From Balanoglossus misakiensis (Eukaryota; Animalia; Hemichordata), in the NCBI GenBank assembly GCA_040954595.2, contig CM082595.2, forward strand, positions 9,909,918 to 9,973,917: a stretch of DNA of 64,000 nucleotides, given 5' to 3'. The position numbers and the translations under genes are program-made. Below are positions 51,001-64,000 of this stretch, piece after piece. Position 1 is the stretch's first letter. Each line of letters opens with the position of its first letter. The notes under the pieces are model-generated. The model saw only the letters and a program-made list of their open reading frames with translations. It made no database searches and was not told where the DNA came from.

Positions 51001-54000
51001 CCTACGGCGTGACTCGGCTGGTGCACCGGCTCTATATGACACAGACTGGCGTAAGTTATCAACGGTGATTACGTCGGATTTCCTACGGCATGGTTTAGCT
51101 AAAGCCCCGGCACTTTAGAGCAGAAACAGGCGTACATTGACCACGTTGATCAAGTCAGATTTCCTACGGCGTGACTCGGCTGGTGCACCGGCTCTATATG
51201 ACACAGACTGGCGTGAGTTATCAACGGTGATTACGCCGGATTTCCTACGGCATGGTTTAGCTGAAGCCCCGGCACTTTAGAGCGGAAACACGCGTACATT
51301 GACCGCGATGATCAAGTCAGATCTCCTACGGCCTGGCTCGACTAAAACCCCGGCACACCATGACAGACACTAGCGTTCGTTAGCAACGGTGATCAAGTCG
51401 GATTTCCTTCGGCCTGGCTCTGCAAAAGACCCGACACATTAGTACAAAGACGTTGGCTAAGTCGGGCAAACCGAAGAGGGAAAGTCACAGCGGGTCAACA
51501 CTCGACATTTGTTCGGGTAGGACTGCATTATTGCCTGTCAATTTATAGAGAAAGCCCGAATTTAACCAGGGCGTTTCAAACACCGACGTTATTTGGGGGC
51601 ACGGCCTGCAGTACTGCCGGGTAAGCTGACATCGGCGTACCGCATATAATGTAGGGGGGGGGGGGGGACAGAACGGTTGAATACTACATTTATTAGATAT
51701 CAGCTAATTTTGGACAATCATCTAAAATCTAAATCATTTTTTCATATTTGGATATCTGATGATGTATGAAATTTCCATTATATGTAAAAATGGTGCTTAT
51801 TATAAAACATGCACTCTGAATGAACTGATTTAATACAAGATTGCGTTTTATTCGTTTTTGCACCAAAAAGGTCATTTTTAGGCAAAACATTCTTTATATT
51901 TTTAATTCGGTGACCTGATCATATATAAACAATTGCTTGTATGTTAAAAGTTTTGTATGACTTTTAAAAGCAGTGACACTGGCGGCATTCAACACGAAAA
52001 TAACAATTTTAGCCACAATTTGGTCAAAATGGTAAATTTTTGAAAATTACAAAAAATACCTGTTTTCTACATTTTCGGAAATCTGATGGAGTATAGAATG
52101 CTCTTCGTATGTATATATCGATACAAATTCCACAAAAGACCGTCTAATTTGGCTCACTGCAGACAAAATTGCGTTTTACCAAATTTTCCTTGAAAATGTC
52201 ATTTTTAGAAAAAAAAATAAAAAAACCTTTGTACTTCGAATTTGGTGCCCTGATCATATATGACATGTTGATTGTATGTTAAAACTCTCGACCACTCCAA
52301 AAATGCAGAGATATTGACGGAATTCAAGAAAAATAGCCATTTTGGCCATATTTTGACAAAAATGGTAAATTTTTGAAAAATCATAAAAAATTAACTCTTT
52401 TCTTCATTTTCGGAAATATTATGGAGCATGAAGTGTCGTTCTCTTGCAAAAAGTGCTGCAAATTCCAGAAAAGGCGGTATAATTTGAATCACCCAAGACA
52501 AAATTACCATTTTCAACTTTTTTTCGAAAAATTGTCTTTTTTTACAAAATAAATAAGAATAAATTCTTTTCTTAGTTTCAAACGGGTAGAGATACTTTCC
52601 ACACGGGTTTTCTAACATTGAATTCCCGTTCATCAACTCAGATTTCCTACAGCATAAGTCGGCTAAAACCCTGACACTCTAGAGCAGAAACAGTTGCACA
52701 CTGGTAACGTTGAACAAGTCGATTTTTCTACGACCTGGCTCGGCTAAATCTCCGTCACAATATGACAGACACTAGCGTACGTTAGCAACGGTGATCAAGT
52801 CAGATTTTCTACGGCATGGCTTGGATAAAGCCCCGGCACTATAAAGCAGAAACACGCGTACAGAGACCACGTTGATCAAGTCTGATCTCCTACGGCTTGG
52901 CTAGACTAAAACCCCGGCACACTATGACAGACACTAGCGTTCGTTAGCAATGGTGATCAAGTCAGATTTTCTACGGCATGGCTTGGATAAAGCCCCGGCA
53001 CTCTAGAGCAGAAACACGCGTACAGAGACCACGTTGATCTACTCACATTTCCTTCGGCCTGGCACGGCTGATGCCCCGGCACTATATATATGACACAGAC
53101 TGGCGTAAGTTATCAACGGTGATTACGTCGGATTTCCTACGGCCTGGTTTAGCTGAAGCCCCGGCACTTTAGAGCGGAAACACGCGTACATTGACCACGA
53201 TGATCAAGTCAGATCTCCTACGGCCTGGCTCGACTAAAACCCCGGCACACCATGACAGACACTAGCGTTCGTTAGCAACGGTGATCAAGTCGGATTTCCT
53301 TCGGCCTGGCTCTGCAAAAGACCCGACACTCTAGTACAAAGACGTTGGCTAAGTCGGGCAAACCGAACAGGGAAAGTCACAGCGGTTCAACACTTGACAT
53401 TTGTTCCGGTAGGACTGCATTATTGCCTGTCGATTTATAGAGAGAGCCCGAATTTAACCAGGGCGTTTCAAACACCGACGTTTGTTGGGGGCACGGCCTA
53501 CAGTACTGCCGGGTAAGCTGACATCGGCGTACCGCATATAATGTAAGGGGGGGGGGGGCAGAACGGTTCAATACTACATTTATTATATATCAGCTAATTT
53601 TGGACAATCATCTAAAATCTAAATCATTTTTTCATATTTGGATATCTGATGATGTATGAAATTTCCATTATATGTAAAATTGGTGCTTATTATAAAACAT
53701 GCACTCTGAATGAACTGATTTAATACAAGATTGCGTTTTATTCGTTTTTGCACCAAAAAGGTCATTTTTAGGCAAAACATTCTTTATTTTTTTAATTCGG
53801 TGACCTGATCATATATAAACAATTGCTTGTATGTTAAAAGTTTTTATGACTTTTAAAAGCAGTGACACTGGCGGCATTCAACACGAAAATAACAATTTTA
53901 GCCACAATTTGGTCAAAATGGTAATTTTTTGAAAATTACAAAAAATACCTGTTTTCTACATTTTTGGAAATCTGATGGAGTATAGAATGCTCTTCGTATG

Positions 54001-54829
54001 TATATATCGATACAAATTCCACAAAAGACCGTCTAATTTGGCTCACTGCAGACAAAATTGCGTTTTACCAAATTTTCCTTTAAAATGTCATTTTTAGAAA
54101 AAAAAATAAAAAACCTTTGTTCTTCAAATGTGGTGCCCTGATCATATATGACATGTTGATTGTATGTTAAAACTTTCGACCACTCCAAAAATGCAGAGAT
54201 ATTGACGGAATTCAAGAAAAAATAGCCATTTTGGCCATATTTTGACAAAAATGGTAAATTTTTAAAAAATCATAAAACATTAACTATTTTCTTCATTTTC
54301 GGAAATATTATGGAGCATGAAGTGTCGTTCTCTTGTAAAAAGTGCTGCTAATTCCAGAAAAGGTGGTATAATTTGAATCACCCAAGACAAAATTACCATT
54401 TTCGACTTTTTTTCGAAAAATTGTCTTTTTAACAAAATAAATAAGAATAAATTCTTTTCTTAGTTTCAAACGGGAAGAGCTACTTTCCACACGGGTTTTC
54501 TAACATTGAATTCCCGTTCATCAACTCAGATTTCCTACAGCATAAGTCAGCTAAAACCCTGACACTCTAGAGCAGAAACAGTTGCACACTGGTAACGTTG
54601 AACAAGTCGATTTTTCTACGGCCTGGCTCGGCTAAATCTCCGTCACAATATGACAGACACTAGCGTACGTTAGCAACGGTGATCAAGTCAGATTTTCTAC
54701 GCCATGGCTTGGATAAAGCCCCGGCACTCTAGAGCAGAAACACGCGTACAGAGACCACGTTGATGAAGTCTGATCTCCTACGGCTTGGCTCGACTAAAAC
54801 CCCGGCACACTATGACAGACACTAGCGTT

Positions 54830-55019
54830 ATTATTATTATTATTATTATTAAGAATTGTTTAAAATGCGCTACACATACGTCTCAGCGCATTGTGCACAG
54901 CTAAAACAGTAGATTAAAAAATACAAGGCTGGTAAAAATAGTTAAAAGGACACAATCGAACACGTTACACATAAAACCGAGTAAAAAGGTATGTTTTCAA
55001 ATTACGCTTAAAAATATTG
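54830..55019 (-). mobile_element. Severely 5'-truncated L2-clade LINE 3' end (190 bp)
   Basis: TSD AGCGTT (54824-54829 and 55020-55025). The minus strand encodes NIFKRNLKTYLFTRFYV* (typical L2 ORF2 C-terminus), then a 3' UTR stem-loop AATGCGCT...AGCGCATT and a (TAA)n tail. Confidence 0.88.
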
Positions 55020-58000
55020 AGCGTTCGTTAGCAACGTTGATCAAGTCAGATTTTCTACGGCATGGCTTGGATAAAGCCCCGGCACTCAAGAGCAGAAACA
55101 CGCGTACAGAGACCACGTTGATCAAGTCTGATCTCCTACGGCTTGGCTCGACTAAAACCCCGGCACACTATGACAGACACTAGCGTTCGCTAGCAACGTT
55201 GATCAAGTCAGATTTCCTACGGCATGGCTTTGCTAAAGCCCTGACACTCTAGAGCAGAAACACGCGTACAGAGACCACGTTGATCTACTCACATTTCCTT
55301 CGGCCTGGCACGGCTGATGCCCCGGCACTATATATAGGACACAGACTGGCGTAAGTTAACAACTGTAATCACGTCGGGTTTCCTACGGCCTGGCTCAGCT
55401 GAAGCCCCGGCACTCTAGAGCAGAAACAGGCGTACATTGACCACGTTGATCAAGTCAGATTTCCTACGGCGTGACTCGGCTGGTGCACCGGCTCTATATG
55501 ACACAGACTGGCGTAAGTTATCAACGGTGATTACGTCGGATTTCCTACGGCCTGGTTTAGCTGAAGCCCCGGCACTTTAGAGCGGAAACACGCGTACATT
55601 GACCACGATGATCAAGTCAGATCTCCTACGGCCTGGCTCGACTAAAACCCCGGAACACCATGACAGACACTAGCGTTCGTTAGCAACGGTGATCAAGTCG
55701 GATTTCCTTCGGCCTGACTCTGCAAAAGACCCGACACTCTAGTACAAAGACGTCGGCTAAGTCGGGCAAACCGAAGAGGGAAAGTCACAGCGTGTCAACA
55801 CTCGACATTTGTTCGGGTAGGACTGCATTATTGCCTGTCAATTTATAGAGAAAGCCCGAATTTAACCAGGGCGTTTCAAACACCGACGTTAGGTGGGGGC
55901 ACGGCCTGCAGTACTGCCGGGTAAGCTGACATCGGCGTACCGCATATAATGTAGGGGAGGGGGGGAACAGAACGGTTGAATACTACATTTATTAGATATC
56001 AGCTAATTTTGGACAATCATCTAAAATCTAAATCATTTTTTCATATTTGGATATCTGGTGATGTATGAAATTTCCATTATATGTAAAAATGGTGCTGATT
56101 ATAAAAAAATGCACTCTGAATGAGGTTATTTAATACAAAATTGCGTTTTATTCGTTTTTGCACCAAAAAGGTCATTTTTAGGCCAAACATTCTTTATTTT
56201 TTTTAATTCGGTGACCTGATCATATATAAACAATTGCTTGTATGTTAAAAGTTTTTATGACTTTTAAAAGCAGTGACACTGGCGGCATTCAACACGAAAA
56301 TAACAATTTTAGCCATAATTTGGTCAAAATGGTAAATTTTTGAAAATTACAAAAAATACCTGTTTTCTACATTTTCGGAAATCTGATGGAGTATAGAATG
56401 CTCTTCGTATGTATATATCGATACAAATTCCACAAAAGACAATCTAATTTGGCTCACTGCAGACAAAATTGCGTTTTACCAAATGTTCCTTGAAAATGTC
56501 ATTTTTAGAAAAAAAACTAAAAAAAACTTTGTTCTTCGAATTTGGTGCCCTGATCATATATGACATGTTGATTGTATGTTAAAACTTTCGACCACTCCAA
56601 AAATGCAGAGATATTGACGGAATTCAAGAAAAAATAGCCATTTTGGCCATATTTTGACAAAAATGGTAATTTTTTAAAAAATCATAAAAAATTACCTCTT
56701 TTCTTCATTTTCGGAAATATTATGGAGCATGAAGTGTCGTTCTCTTGTAAAAAGTGCTGCAAATTCCAGAAAAGGCGGTATAATTTGAATGACCCAAGAC
56801 AAAATTACCATTTTCGACTTTTTTTCGAAAAATTGTCTTGTTTTACAAAATAAATAAGAATAAATTCTTTTCTTAGTTTCAAACGGGTAGAGATACTTTA
56901 CACACGGGTTTTCTAACATTGAATTCCCGTTCATCAACTCAGATTTCCTACAGCACAAGTCGGCTAAAACCCTGACACTCTAGAGCAGAAACAGTTGCAC
57001 ACTGGTAACGTTGAACAAGTCGATTTTTCTACGGCCTGGCTCGGCTAAATCTCGTCACAATATGACAGACACTAGCGTACGTTAGCAACGGTGATCAAGT
57101 CAGATTTTCAACGGCATGGGTTGGATAAAGCCCCGGCACTCTAGAGCAGAAACACGCGTACAGAGACCACGTTGATCAAGTCTGATCTCCTACGGCTTGG
57201 CTCGACTAAAACCCCGGCACACTATGACAGACACTAGCGTTCGTTAGCAACGTTGATCAAGTCAGATTTCCTACGGCATGGCTTTGCTAAAGCCCTGACA
57301 CTCTAGAGCAGAAACACGCGTACAGAGACCACGTTGATCTACTCACATTTCCTTCGGCCTGGCACGGCTGATGCCCCGGCACTATATATAGGACACAAAC
57401 TGGCGTAAGTTAACAACGGTAATCACGTCGGGTTTCCCACGGCCTGGCTCAGCTGAAGCCCCGGCACTCTAGAGCAGAAACAGGCGTACATTGACCACGT
57501 TGATCAAGTAAGATTTCCTACGGCGTGACTCGGCTGGTGCATCGGCTCTATATGACACAGACTGGCGTAAGTTATCAACGGTGATTACGTCGGATTTCCT
57601 ACGGCCTGGTTTAGCTGAAGCCCCGGCCCTTTAGAGCGGAAACACGCGTACCTTGACCACGATGATCAAGTCAGATCTCCTACGGCCTGGCTCGACTAAA
57701 ACCCCGGCACACCATGACAGACACTAGCGTTCGTTAGCAACGGTGATCAAGTCGGATTTCCTTCGGCCTGGCTCTGCAAAAGACCCGACACTCTAGTACA
57801 AAGACGTTGGCTAAGTCGGGCAAACCGAACAGGGAAAGTCACAGCGGGTCAACACTCGACATTTGTTCCGGTAGGACTGCATTATTGCCTGTCAATTTAT
57901 AGAGAAAGCCCGAATTTAACCAGGGCGTTTGAAACACCGACGTTAGGTTGGGGCACGGCCTGCAGTACTGCCGGGTAAGCTGACATCAGCGTACCGCATA

Positions 58001-61000
58001 TAATGTAGGGGGGGGGAACAGAACGGTTCAATACTACATTTATCAGATATCAGCTAATTTTTGACAATCATCTAAAATGTAAATCATCTTTTCATATTTG
58101 GATATCTGATGATGTATGAAATTTCCATTATATGTAAAAATGGTGCTGATTATAAAAATGCACTCTGAATGAGCTGATTTAATACAAAATTGCGTTTTAT
58201 TCGTTTTTGCACCAAAAAGGTCATTTTTAGTCAAAACATTCTTTATTTTTTTAATTCGGTGACCTTATCATATATAAACAATTGCTTGTATGTTAAAATT
58301 TTTTATGACTTTTAAAAGCAATGACACTGGCGGCATTCAACACGAAAATAACAATTTTAGCCACAATTCGGTCAAAATGGTAATTTTTTGAAAATTACAA
58401 AAAATACCTGTTTTCTACATTTTTGGAAATCTGATGGAGTATAGAATGCTCTTCGTATGTATATATCGATACAAATTCCACAAAAGACCGTCTAATTTGG
58501 CTCACTGCAGACAAAATTGCGTTTTACCAAATTTTCCTTGAAAATGTCATTTTTAGAAAAAAAAATAAAAAACCTTTGTTCTTCGAATTTAGTGCCTGAT
58601 CATATATGACATGTTGATTGTATGTTAAAACTTTCGACCACTCCAAAAATGCTGAGATATTGACGGAATTCAAGAAAAAATAGCCATTTTGGCCATATTT
58701 TGACAAAAATGGTAAATTTTTAAAAAATCATAAAAAATTAACTCTTTTCTTCATTTTCGGAAATATTATAGAGCATGAAGTGTCGTTCTCTTGTAAAAAG
58801 TGCTGCAAATTCCAGAAAAGGCGGTATAATTTGAATCACCCAAGACAAAATTACCATTTTCGACTTTTTTTCGAAATATTGTTTTTTTACAAAATAAATA
58901 AGAATAAATTCTTTTCTTAGTTCCAAACGGGTAGAGATACTTTCCACACGGATTTCTAACATTGAATTCCCGTTCATCAACTCAGATTTCCTACAGCATA
59001 AGTCGGCTAAAACCCTGACACTCTAGAGCAGAAACAGTTGCACACTGGTAACGTTGAACAAGTCGATTTTTCTACGGCCTGGCTCGGCTAAATCTCCGTC
59101 ACAATATGACAGACACTAGCGTACGTTAGCAACGGTGATCAAGTCAGATTTTCTACGGCATGGCTTGGATAAAGCCCCGGCACTCTAGAGCAGAAACACG
59201 CGTACAGAGACCACGTTGATCAAGTCTGATCTCCTACGGCTTGGCTCGACTAAAACCCCGGCACACTATGACAGACACTAGCGTTCGTTAGAAACGTTGA
59301 TCAAGTCAGATTTCCTACGGCATGGCTTTGCTAAAGCCCTGACACTCTAGAGCAGATACACGCGTACAGAGACCACGTTGATCTACTCACATTTCCTTCG
59401 GCCTGGCACGGCTGATGCCCCGGCACTATATATAGGACACAGACTGGCGTAAGTTAACAACGGTAATCACGTCGGGTTTCCTACGGCCTGGCTCAGCTGA
59501 AGCCCCGGCACTCTAGAGCAGAAACAGGCGTACATTGACCACGTTGATCAAGTCAGATTTCCTACGGCGTGACTCGGCTGGTGCACCGGCTCTCTATGAC
59601 ACAGACTGGCGTAAGTTATCAACGGTGATTACGTCGGATTTCCTACGGCATGGTTTAGCTGAAGCCCCGGCACTTTAGAGCGGAAACACGCGTACATTGA
59701 CCACGATGATCAAGTCAGATCTCCTACGGCCTGGCTCGACTAAAACCCCGGCACACCATGACAGACACTAGCGTTCGTTAGCAACGGTGATCAAGTCGGA
59801 TTTCCTTCGGCCTGGCTCTGCAAAAGACCCGACACATTAGTACAAAGACGTTGGCTAAGTCGGGCAAACCGAAGAGGGAAAGTCACAGCGGCTCAACACT
59901 CGACATTTGTTCGGGTAGGACTGCATTATTGCCTGTCAATTTATAGAGAAAGCCCGAATTTAACCAGGGCGTTTCAAACACCGACGTTATTTGGGGGCAC
60001 GGCCTGCAGTACTGCCGGGTAAGCTGACATCGGCGTACCGCATATAATGTAGGGGGGGGGGGACAGAACGGTTCAATACTACATTTATTAGATATCAGCT
60101 AATTTTGGACAATCATCTAAAATCTAAATCATTTTTTCATATTTGGATATCTGATGATGTATGAAATTTCCATTATATGTAAAAATGGTGCTGATTATAA
60201 AAAATGCACTCTGAATGAGCTGATTTAATACAAAATTGCGTTTTATTCGTTTTTGCACCAAAAAGGTCATTTTTAGGCAAAACATTCTTTATTTTTTTAA
60301 TTCGGTGACCTGATCATATATAAGCAATTGCTTGCATGTTAAAAGTTTTTATGACTTTTAAAAGCAGTGACACTGGCGGCATTCAACACGAAAATAACAA
60401 TTTTAACCACAATTTGGTCAAAATGGTAAATTTTTGAAAATTACAAAAAATACCTGTTTTCTACATTTTCGGAAATCTGATGGAGTATAGAATGCTCTTC
60501 GTATATATATATCGATACCAATTCCACAAAAGACCGTCTAATTTGGCTCACTGCAGACAAAATTGCGTTTTACCAAATTTTCCTTGAAAATGTCATTTTT
60601 AGAAAAATAAAATAAAAAAACCTTCGTTCTTCGAATTTGGTGCCCTGATCATATATGACATGTTGATTGTATGTTAAAACTCTCGACCACTCCAAAAATG
60701 CTGAGATATTGACGGAATTCAAGAAAAAATAGCCATTTTGGCCATATTTTGACAAAATGGTACATTTTTAAAAAATCATAAAAAATAAAACTCTTTTCTT
60801 CATTTTCGGAAATATTATGGAGCATGAAGTGTCGTTCTCTTGTAAAAAGTGCTGCAAATTCCAGAAAATGTGGTATAATTTGAATCACCCAAGACAAAAT
60901 TACCATTTTCGACTTGTTTTCGAAAAATTGTCTTTTTTACAAAATAAATAAGAATAAATTCTTTTCTTAGTTTCAAACGGGTAGAGATACTTTCCACACG

Positions 61001-64000
61001 GGTTTTCTAACATTGAATTCCCGTTCATCAACTCAGATTTCCTACAGCATAAGTCGGCTAAAACCCTGACACTCTAGAGCAGAAACAGTTGGACACTGAT
61101 AACGTTGAACAAGTCGATTTTTCTACGGCCTGGCTCGGCTAAATCTCGTCACAATATGACAGACACTAGCGTACGTTAGCAACGGTGATCAAGTCAGATT
61201 TTCAACGGCATGGGTTGGATAAAGCCCCGGCACTCTAGAGCAGAAACACGCGTACAGAGACCACGTTGATCAAGTCTGATCTCCTACGGCTTGGCTCGAC
61301 TAAAACCCCGGCACACTATGACAGACACTAGCGTTCGTTAGCAACTTTGATCAAGTCAGATTTCCTACGGCATGGCTTAACTAAAGCCCTGGCACTCTAG
61401 AGCAGAAACACGCGTACAGAGACCACGTTGATCTTCTCACATTTCCTTCGGCCTGGCACGGCTGATGCCCCGGCACTATATATAGGACACAGACTGGCGT
61501 AAGTTAACAACGGTAATCACGTCGGGTTTTCTTACGGCCTGGCTCAGCTGAAGCCCCGGCACTCTAGAGCAGAAACAGGCGTACATTGACCACGTTGATC
61601 AAGTCAGATTTCCTACGGCGTGACTCGGCTGGTGCACCGGCTCTATATGACACAGACTGGCGTAAGTTATGAACGGTGATTACGTCGGATTTCCTACGGC
61701 CTGGTTTAGCTGAAGCCCCGGCACTTTAGAGCGGAAACACGCGTACATTGACGACGATGATGAAGTCAGATCTCCTACGGCCTGGCTCGACTAAAACCCC
61801 GGCACACCATGACAGACACTAGCGTTCGTTAGCAACGGTGATCAAGTCGGATTTCCTTCGGCCTGGCTCTGCAAAAGACCCGACACTCTAGTACAAAGAC
61901 GTTGGCTAAGTCGGGCAAACCGAACAGGGAAAGTCACAGCGGTTCAACACTTGACATTTGTTCCGGTAGGACTGCATTATTGCCTGTCGATTTATAGAGA
62001 GAGCCCGAATTTAACCAGGGCGTTTCAAACACCGACGTTTGTTGGGGGCACGGCCTACAGTACTGCCGGGTAAGCTGACATCGGCGTACCGCATATAATG
62101 TAAGGGGGGGGGGGGCAGAACGGTTCAATACTACATTTATTAGATATCAGCTAATTTTGGACAATCATCTAAAATCTAAATCATTTTTTCATATTTGGAT
62201 ATCTGATGATGTATGAAATTTCCATTATATGTAAAATTGGTGCTTATTATAAAACATGCACTCTGAATGAACTGATTTAATACAAGATTGCGTTTTATTC
62301 GTTTTTGCACCAAAAAGGTCATTTTTAGGCAAAACATTCTTTATTTTTTTAATTCGGTGACCTGATCATATATAAACAATTGCTTGTATGTTAAAAGTTT
62401 TTATGACTTTTAAAAGCAGTGACACTGGCGGCATTCATCACGAAAATAACAATTTTAGCCACAATTTAGTCAAAATGGTAAATTTTTGAAATTTACAAAA
62501 AATACCTGTTTTCTACATTTTCGGAAATCTGATGGAGTGTAGAATGCTCTTCGTATGTATATATCGATACAATTTCCACAAAAGACCGTCTAATTTGGCT
62601 CACTGCAGACAAAATTGCGTTTTACCAAATTTTCCTTGAAAATGTCATTTTTAGAAAAAAAAAAAAAAACCTTTGTTCTTCGAATTTGGTGCCCTGATCA
62701 TATATGACATGTTGATTGTATGTTAAAACTCTCGACTACTCCAAAAATGCTGAGATATTGACGGAATTCAAGAAAAATAGCCATTTTGGCCATATTTTGA
62801 CAAAAATTGTAAATTTTTGAAAAATCATAAAAAATTAACTCTTTTCTTCATTTTCGGAAATATTATGGAGCATGAAGTGTCGTTCTCTTGTAAAAAGTGC
62901 TGCAAATTCCAGAATTCGAATTTGGTGCCCTGATCATATATGACATGTTGATTGTATGTTAGAACTCTCGACTACTCCAAAAATGCTGAGATATTGACGG
63001 AATTCAAGAAAAATAGCCATTTTGGCCATATTTTGACAAAAATGGTAAATTTTTGAAAAATCATAAAAAATTAACTCTTTTCTTCATTTTCGGAAATATT
63101 ATGGAGCATGAAGTGTCGTTCTCTTGTAAAAAGTGCTGCAAATTCCAGAAAAGGCGGTATAATTTGAATCACCCAAGACAAAATTGCCATTTTCGACTTT
63201 TTTTCGAAATATTGTTTTTTTACAAAATAAATAAGAATAAATTCTTTTCTTAGTTCCAAACGGGTAGAGATACTTTCCACACGGATTTCTAACATTGAAT
63301 TCCCGTTCATCAACTCAGATTTCCTACAGCATAAGTCGGCTAAAACCCTGACACTCTAGAGCAGAAACAGTTGCACACTGGTAACGTTGAACAAGTCGAT
63401 TTTTCTACGGCCTGGCTCGGCTAAATCTCCGTCACAATATGACAGACACTAGCGTACGTTAGCAACGGTGATCAAGTCAGATTTTCTACGGCATGGCTTG
63501 GATAAAGCCCCGGCACTCTAGAGCAGAAACACGCGTACAGAGACCACGTTGATCAAGTCTGATCTCCTACGGCTTGGCTCGACTAAAACCCCGGCACACT
63601 ATGACAGACATTAGCGTTCGTTAGCAACGTTGATCAAGTCAGATTTCCTACGGCATGGCTTGGCTAAAGCCCTGGCACTCTAGAGCAGAAACACGCGTAC
63701 AGAGACCACGTTGATCTACTCACATTTCCTTCGGCCTGGCACGGCTGATGCCCCGGCACTATATATAGGACACAAACTGGCGTAAGTTAACAACGGTAAT
63801 CACGTCGGGTTTCCCACGGCCTGGCTCAGCTGAAGCCCCGGCTCTCTAGAGCAGAAACAGGCGTACATTGACCACGTTGATCAAGTAAGATTTCCTACGG
63901 CGTGACTCGGCTGGTACACCGGCTCTATATGACACAGACTGGCGTAAGTTATCAACGGTGATTACGTCGGATTTCATACGGCCTGGTTTAGCTAAAGCCC

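Larger units (their letters stand above)
19942..64000 (-). repeat. Same composite ~2-kb macrosatellite in inverted orientation (about 18 units), interrupted by LINE insertions, open at the right edge
   Basis: Poly-G markers at ~20020, 22063, 23957, 26021, 27827, 36708, 39026, 41030, 43361, 45837, 47888, 49442, 51654, 53547, 55934, 58008, 60052 and 62104. Unit lengths are ~1.55-2.5 kb. The sequence is the reverse complement of 12331-18117. Confidence 0.96.

Noticed and set aside
13065-63313. Repeated 60-88 aa ORFs (MESISTRLK..., MSKYGQNGY..., MFCLKMTF...) as a tandem gene family
   Set aside because: Many start at non-ATG codons, frames shift freely with homopolymer length between units, and no domain is recognisable; they are satellite by-products.

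Overview
Eukaryotic (animal-like), repeat-dominated window; no prokaryotic genes or CRISPR. From left to right: an 82-85 bp satellite (1-2428); a decayed L2/CR1 RT relic; a ~457 bp fold-back element; two spliced 3' exons of a minus-strand single-pass membrane protein gene (TM exon 8919-9015, cytoplasmic exon 8302-8566; the ORF track misses the TM exon and the splice); and a doubly truncated BEL/Pao gag-pol. From ~12330 to the window end runs a composite ~2 kb macrosatellite (81-bp GC-rich monomers, ~335-bp AT-rich subrepeats and a short unique poly-C/G segment). The array reverses orientation exactly across a 5'-truncated L1/Tx1 LINE (18118-19941). It also carries a full-length Tx1-type LINE with a 13-bp TSD (29447-36247), whose ORF1 is split by a nested 1764-bp TIR element with a 9-bp TSD, and a 190-bp L2 3'-end insertion with a 6-bp TSD. 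All calls were read by eye from sequence and motifs; no database searches were run.
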